A stretch of DNA of 64,000 nt from a bacterium (GTDB lineage Bacteria > Zhuqueibacterota > Zhuqueibacteria > Residuimicrobiales > Krinioviventaceae). The notes beneath the pieces are model-generated. The model saw only the letters and a list, made by a program, of their open reading frames with translations, was not told the origin of the DNA and searched no databases. Positions 60,133 through 64,000 of this stretch are shown here, piece by piece (position 1 is the first letter of the stretch; each line of letters begins with the position of its first letter). The stretch spans positions 332 through 64,331 of the forward strand of contig JAKQIY010000047.1 of the NCBI GenBank assembly GCA_029561455.1, in the 5' to 3' direction. A program made the position numbers and the translations under genes.

Positions 60133-63100
60133 TTAATCTTTTACGCAGCGGACGGAAAAGCCATATTGTTTTTTATCATCCATACGTCGAATTGTTTGAA
60201 CATCATACTTTAAGGAACGATAGTAACTTGTCAGAGTGTCCGACTCGGAACTTGTACAAGTCCAAAATAGTGCGCTTGTTCCAATCTCGGAAAAAGCTCC
60301 GGTACGCGCACTGCAATAGCCGAAAGATAAAGCAGTAAATCCCGATTCGTTTGTTGCGCCTGTATTTGGATTATTCCAATGCGTTAACCCGGTTTCTTTT
60401 AACATACCGCCTTCATTCCTACCGCGAAAACCTGAATTATCGACTTCTTCCTGCGTCATTCCCAGGTGTTTTTCCAGTATTTTCCAATCTTCATCGGTTG
60501 GTACATGCCAGCCTTCCGGGGCAATATTCCGCTCGTCGACAGTGGCAAACCAGTTATATAAACTGCCATAAGTAGCCATTAAACTGTTATCATTGTTTAA
60601 GCTACACCATGCGCCGGCTTGCGTTTCCATCCATGCCGTGCTGTCCGTAATATTGGGTATTGCTTCGCCATTGCGATAATGTGTTACTTGTAAATTTTCC
60701 TGCATCCACCACTGCTTACCGATGCGGACTGTTTTATATACATTGCCGTCAATATCTGTAACTGAACCGGTTACCGGAACCGACGATACTGTTGTAAGAC
60801 TCCAGGGTTCCGACCAGGGACTGGTTCCTTCAGTGTTCTTTGCATTAACCCGCCAGTAAAAAGTTGTCGCCGGGGTAAGGGTAAACACTTTAAAGGTGGT
60901 AGAGTCAATATTACTTTGGTTAACTATGAGTCCTGAGAAATCAGGGTTTAGAGCAACTTGCAGGCTATAAGAGAGCGCCCCATTTACTTCATGCCAACGC
61001 AGGATTGGACTTTTTGGCACATCAATTTCATTATTTTCTACTGAAATATGCACCGGCGCATTTGGAGGGGTAGAGTATTTCATTAAACGAATTGAACAAC
61101 CGCAACTGGATTGATTATTGCGATTGTTAATTTCTGACCATTCACTGATTCTTCTATGGATTGCCCGGTAGCCGCCGTCTGATGTGCTTGTCCAAAAAGT
61201 TGAAGCTTCACCTAATCCGTCAAAAGAACCATTTGAACTCCTTTGACCACCAGGCAGGGCAGTAAAACCGCTTTCATTAGTTGCATTATCGTTTGGCGCC
61301 TTCCAGTGTAAAGTACCTGTTTCTCTTAGCTTGCCGCTAACATTAAACCAAATTATCCAGGTGCTGTCTTCTTCATCAGGTCTCATGCCGAGTAATGTTT
61401 CCATTTCTTTCCATTCATTATCGGTCGGAACTTTCCAGCCTTCAGGAGCAATTCCCCGTTCATCACCCACAACATACCAATTATAAAGATGACCATAAAT
61501 GGCATTATTTACTTCTTTATTTAAATAATTGCACCAGGCGCCGCTTTGGGTATTATTGGTATCGTGCCATTCGTCATCACCGGTTAAATAAGAAATTTCA
61601 TCGCCGTTATTGTAATGAGATACTTTCAGGTTTTCTGTCATCCACCACTGATTACCGATCAACACCGTATTATAAATATTGCCGTCATAATCGGTTACCG
61701 TGCCTTTTTCATATATTGCCGTTGTAAAATTAATGTATTCGGACCAGTTACTGGTACCGTTGGGACATGAAGCATTGACACGCCAGTAATAGGTTGTTCC
61801 CTCAGATAATCCGGTTACCAGGAAGGAATTGGAAGATATATGATCTTCATTTATGAAAAGATTTGTAAAAACCGGGTTGGTGGAAACCTGCAAACCATAC
61901 CATTCCTCACCGCCCCTTGGGTGCCAGCTTAAAGTTACACTGGTGTACAACCCGGTTGTATTAGCTTCAGGAGCAAGGTTCGATGGTGTATTGGGACTGC
62001 CACCATATAGAACACAGCGTACCGAAAATCCCTTGTTGAGTTTTTCTTTTTCACGGTAAATTGCGGTTTCAGTAGAATTAAGATTCCTGTAAAAAGCATG
62101 ATCTTCATTATAAATAGCATTAGCCCAAAAAAATGCATTGGTGTTCATATCGCTATACGAACCATCTTCATTGCGGTAGCCACCGGGCAAAGCGTTGAAT
62201 CCATATTCATTGGTTGCCCCTGTATTGGGATTCGTCCAATGGGTTGTGCCGCTTTCTTTCAATTTTCCCCCCTGGTCGGTACCTCGCCAATAAGATATTC
62301 CAAGCTGTAATTCATCAATACCCAAAGTCCTTTCCAATTCCTGCCAATCCTGGTCTGTGGGCACACGCCAGCCCTCCGGGGCCAAATCGGAAGTATCATT
62401 CACAGCATACCAGTTATACAAAAGACCATAGGTTGTTATGTTATCGTCATCTTTATTATAACTGCACCGTGCTCCGGAAGTGGCTTTTTTCCACTGCAAG
62501 TCGTTCAGCATACTTTTAATAAATATGCCGTTACGGTAATGAGTTGTTTTCAGATTTTCCGCCATCCACCATTGATTACCGATTTTTACGGTACGGTATA
62601 CGTTACCGTCAAAGTCCGTTACTGTACGAATGACATTTACATTTATAACCTTGTTTTCATTGATGAGTACATCCTGCTGTTCCCAGGTTTCAATATCCGT
62701 TCCGGAGACCCGCAGCAGAAATGTGAACGATTGTGGTTTCAGCAGGCCGGGTTGACCTGCGTAAACCGGCGCGGCTGCATTGGAGGTACTTACTTCGCCA
62801 AGATGACCATCCAGCAGCAGCATCTTGCGGTTGATTCTTTGTCCCTCGCTGAACAGAGAGTAAAAATACACTCCGGCGGAAACGCCCCGGCCCTGGTCGT
62901 TTGTGCCGTCCCAAATGATCTTTCCATAAAGATTGGTTTGCTGGGCATCCAGTAAGGTTTTGATCTTTTGTCCCAATACATTATATATTTCAATGCGCAC
63001 CTGGGCAGGGTGAGGTATTTCATAGCTAATCACTGTAGAGGGATTGAATGGATTGGGATAGTTTTGTAACAGGTTAAAAGAACGGGGTTTTTGACCGGTA

Positions 63101-63342
63101 TCGCCAATACCGGTAGTACTAATGTCGATGGCATACTCTCCTTCGCTATTGGTCAGGCTGCTAAAGATTCGGCCGGCATTGGCCTGGTCGATCACTTCAA
63201 CCAGGGCATTACCCACAGGTTCATCGCCATTGTTTTTTACCACACCCTGTAACTGAATTTGTGCAAAAAGGCTTTGACCCGCAAGTAACAGGCCAAGCAC
63301 ACAAGCCAGAAAAATTTTACGGAAAAGCATAAATCCTCCCAC
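60133..63342 (-). CDS. Secreted multidomain paralog: same N-terminal module + 4x Fib_succ_major domains + FN3-like
   Basis: The N-terminal ~180 aa are near-identical to the upstream paralog, including an identical 43-aa stretch. Four modules end in 'GFSVRCV' or variants. Confidence 0.65.
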   Translation of the reverse strand: MGGFMLFRKIFLACVLGLLLAGQSLFAQIQLQGVVKNNGDEPVGNALVEVIDQANAGRIFSSLTNSEGEYAIDISTTGIGDTGQKPRSFNLLQNYPNPFNPSTVISYEIPHPAQVRIEIYNVLGQKIKTLLDAQQTNLYGKIIWDGTNDQGRGVSAGVYFYSLFSEGQRINRKMLLLDGHLGEVSTSNAAAPVYAGQPGLLKPQSFTFLLRVSGTDIETWEQQDVLINENKVINVNVIRTVTDFDGNVYRTVKIGNQWWMAENLKTTHYRNGIFIKSMLNDLQWKKATSGARCSYNKDDDNITTYGLLYNWYAVNDTSDLAPEGWRVPTDQDWQELERTLGIDELQLGISYWRGTDQGGKLKESGTTHWTNPNTGATNEYGFNALPGGYRNEDGSYSDMNTNAFFWANAIYNEDHAFYRNLNSTETAIYREKEKLNKGFSVRCVLYGGSPNTPSNLAPEANTTGLYTSVTLSWHPRGGEEWYGLQVSTNPVFTNLFINEDHISSNSFLVTGLSEGTTYYWRVNASCPNGTSNWSEYINFTTAIYEKGTVTDYDGNIYNTVLIGNQWWMTENLKVSHYNNGDEISYLTGDDEWHDTNNTQSGAWCNYLNKEVNNAIYGHLYNWYVVGDERGIAPEGWKVPTDNEWKEMETLLGMRPDEEDSTWIIWFNVSGKLRETGTLHWKAPNDNATNESGFTALPGGQRSSNGSFDGLGEASTFWTSTSDGGYRAIHRRISEWSEINNRNNQSSCGCSIRLMKYSTPPNAPVHISVENNEIDVPKSPILRWHEVNGALSYSLQVALNPDFSGLIVNQSNIDSTTFKVFTLTPATTFYWRVNAKNTEGTSPWSEPWSLTTVSSVPVTGSVTDIDGNVYKTVRIGKQWWMQENLQVTHYRNGEAIPNITDSTAWMETQAGAWCSLNNDNSLMATYGSLYNWFATVDERNIAPEGWHVPTDEDWKILEKHLGMTQEEVDNSGFRGRNEGGMLKETGLTHWNNPNTGATNESGFTALSFGYCSARTGAFSEIGTSALFWTCTSSESDTLTSYYRSLKYDVQTIRRMDDKKQYGFSVRCVKD

Positions 63343-63572
63343 TTGATGTTATTAGTAATTATTAATTACTATCCACCAAAAACTTTTCGCCCTGGATAAA
63401 TCCTGTCGCCAAGATATGAAGGAAATATATAAATTTTGCGGAATAATGCAAGAGAAATTTTATCTGTTTTTAGTTTTCTTTTACTTGATTGGCAAGTTTG
63501 GAATTATTAATTTTGATAATTGAAAATTTATGAACGAATAATAGTTTAATATTTATATTGAAAGGAATCGCT

Positions 63573-64000
63573 ATGCGCATTCTCTCGGGAATACAACCCT
63601 CCGGCGCTTTACACCTCGGCAACTATTTTGCTATGATGAAAAGAATGATCGATTACCAGGAAAACCATGAACTGTTCTGCTTTGTGGTTAATTATCATGC
63701 TCTCACCTCGGTATATGACAGCAATTTTTTACGCCGGCAAACCTTTGAGGCGATATGTGATTTTTTAGCGCTGGGCATCGATCCCGAAAAAGCACACTTT
63801 TACGTCCAGTCCGATATTCCCGAAGTGACGGAACTGACCTGGTTATTGAACAATGTAACGCCGCAGGGACTTCTCGAACGCGGTCATTCCTACAAGGATA
63901 AAAAAGCCAAGGGTATTCCCGCCAACCATGGTCTGTTTGCTTACCCGGTGCTTATGGCTGCCGATATTCTGTTGTACGGCGCCAACCTGGTGCCGGTCGG
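63573..64000 (+). CDS. trpS: Tryptophan--tRNA ligase (3' end runs off the window)
   Basis: 'ILSGIQPSGALHLGNY' is the HIGH-motif region of class I TrpRS. The frame is open to the window end. Confidence 0.8.
   Translation, partial: MRILSGIQPSGALHLGNYFAMMKRMIDYQENHELFCFVVNYHALTSVYDSNFLRRQTFEAICDFLALGIDPEKAHFYVQSDIPEVTELTWLLNNVTPQGLLERGHSYKDKKAKGIPANHGLFAYPVLMAADILLYGANLVPV

Noticed and set aside
58309-62955. Conserved antisense ORFs 'M..L.(I/V)FRHPPL(L/I)(A/T)D...' at 58309, 59233 and 62539 inside the Fib_succ_major paralogs
   Set aside because: Their conservation mirrors the DNA-level repetition of the sense-strand domain (reverse complement of the 'IGEQWWM(A/Q)ENL' region). This is not independent coding evidence.
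1-64000. Conventional mobile elements, prophage, rRNA/tRNA genes
   Set aside because: No transposase, integrase, phage structural or capsid gene, no tRNA-like T-arm/anticodon structures and no rRNA-like conserved blocks were recognised anywhere in the window.

Overview
This 64-kb window looks like chromosomal DNA from an uncultured bacterium of the Fibrobacteres-Chlorobi-Bacteroidetes (FCB) group. The taxonomic guess rests on type IX secretion (T9SS) 'NYPNPFNPST'-type C-terminal sorting domains, PorV/PorQ-like barrel proteins and Fibrobacter 'Fib_succ_major' paralogous domains, at roughly 45-50% GC; it is an inference, not a database result. Coding density is high, and the window contains no rRNA, tRNA, CRISPR array, transposase or integrase.

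Most genes are housekeeping or transport functions:
- a 5'-truncated B12-binding radical SAM gene;
- trkH-trkA, with a second Trk/Ktr system (split TrkA plus TrkH) placed behind a histidine kinase and a REC-TPR response regulator on the other side of a divergent promoter;
- threonine aldolase, ExoIII, PdxJ, a HAD hydrolase, a GH57 glycosidase and an S41 protease;
- an exbB-exbD-exbD cluster followed by two tandem tonB genes;
- dsbD, an AmiC-like amidase, a GHMP kinase, plsY, RNase Z, an EamA transporter and YjbQ;
- a sigma-54 two-component system beside a DUF1593 / SdiA-regulated-like / GH2 / GntP sugar locus;
- trpS at the 3' edge.

Six items stand out:
1. A perfect head-to-tail array of three 530-bp repeat units lies between the PHP-UvrD gene and xth (about 14.57-16.14 kb). 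Each unit is packed with perfect hairpins, a long-range inverted repeat and a conserved mini-ORF. Two degenerate copies of the same repeat family sit at 38.56-39.2 kb. Neither location has associated mobile-element genes. The array is a candidate for a new structured-RNA or type-I-toxin-like repeat family.
2. A secreted protein at 55789-56715 has a mature N-terminus that is a bona fide eukaryote-like ubiquitin fold (about 48% identical to ubiquitin). It is fused to a mid domain and a T9SS sorting domain.
3. A single 1094-aa protein fuses a PHP phosphoesterase domain to a UvrD helicase.
4. Two large paralogous secreted proteins carry 2 and 4 Fib_succ_major domains. They share an identical carboxypeptidase-regulatory-like module plus a T9SS-type sorting domain, placed atypically near the N-terminus.
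5. An orphan TIGR02574-type antitoxin-like gene sits in an AT-rich island.
6. A GGA-rich multi-hairpin element lies upstream of GH57.
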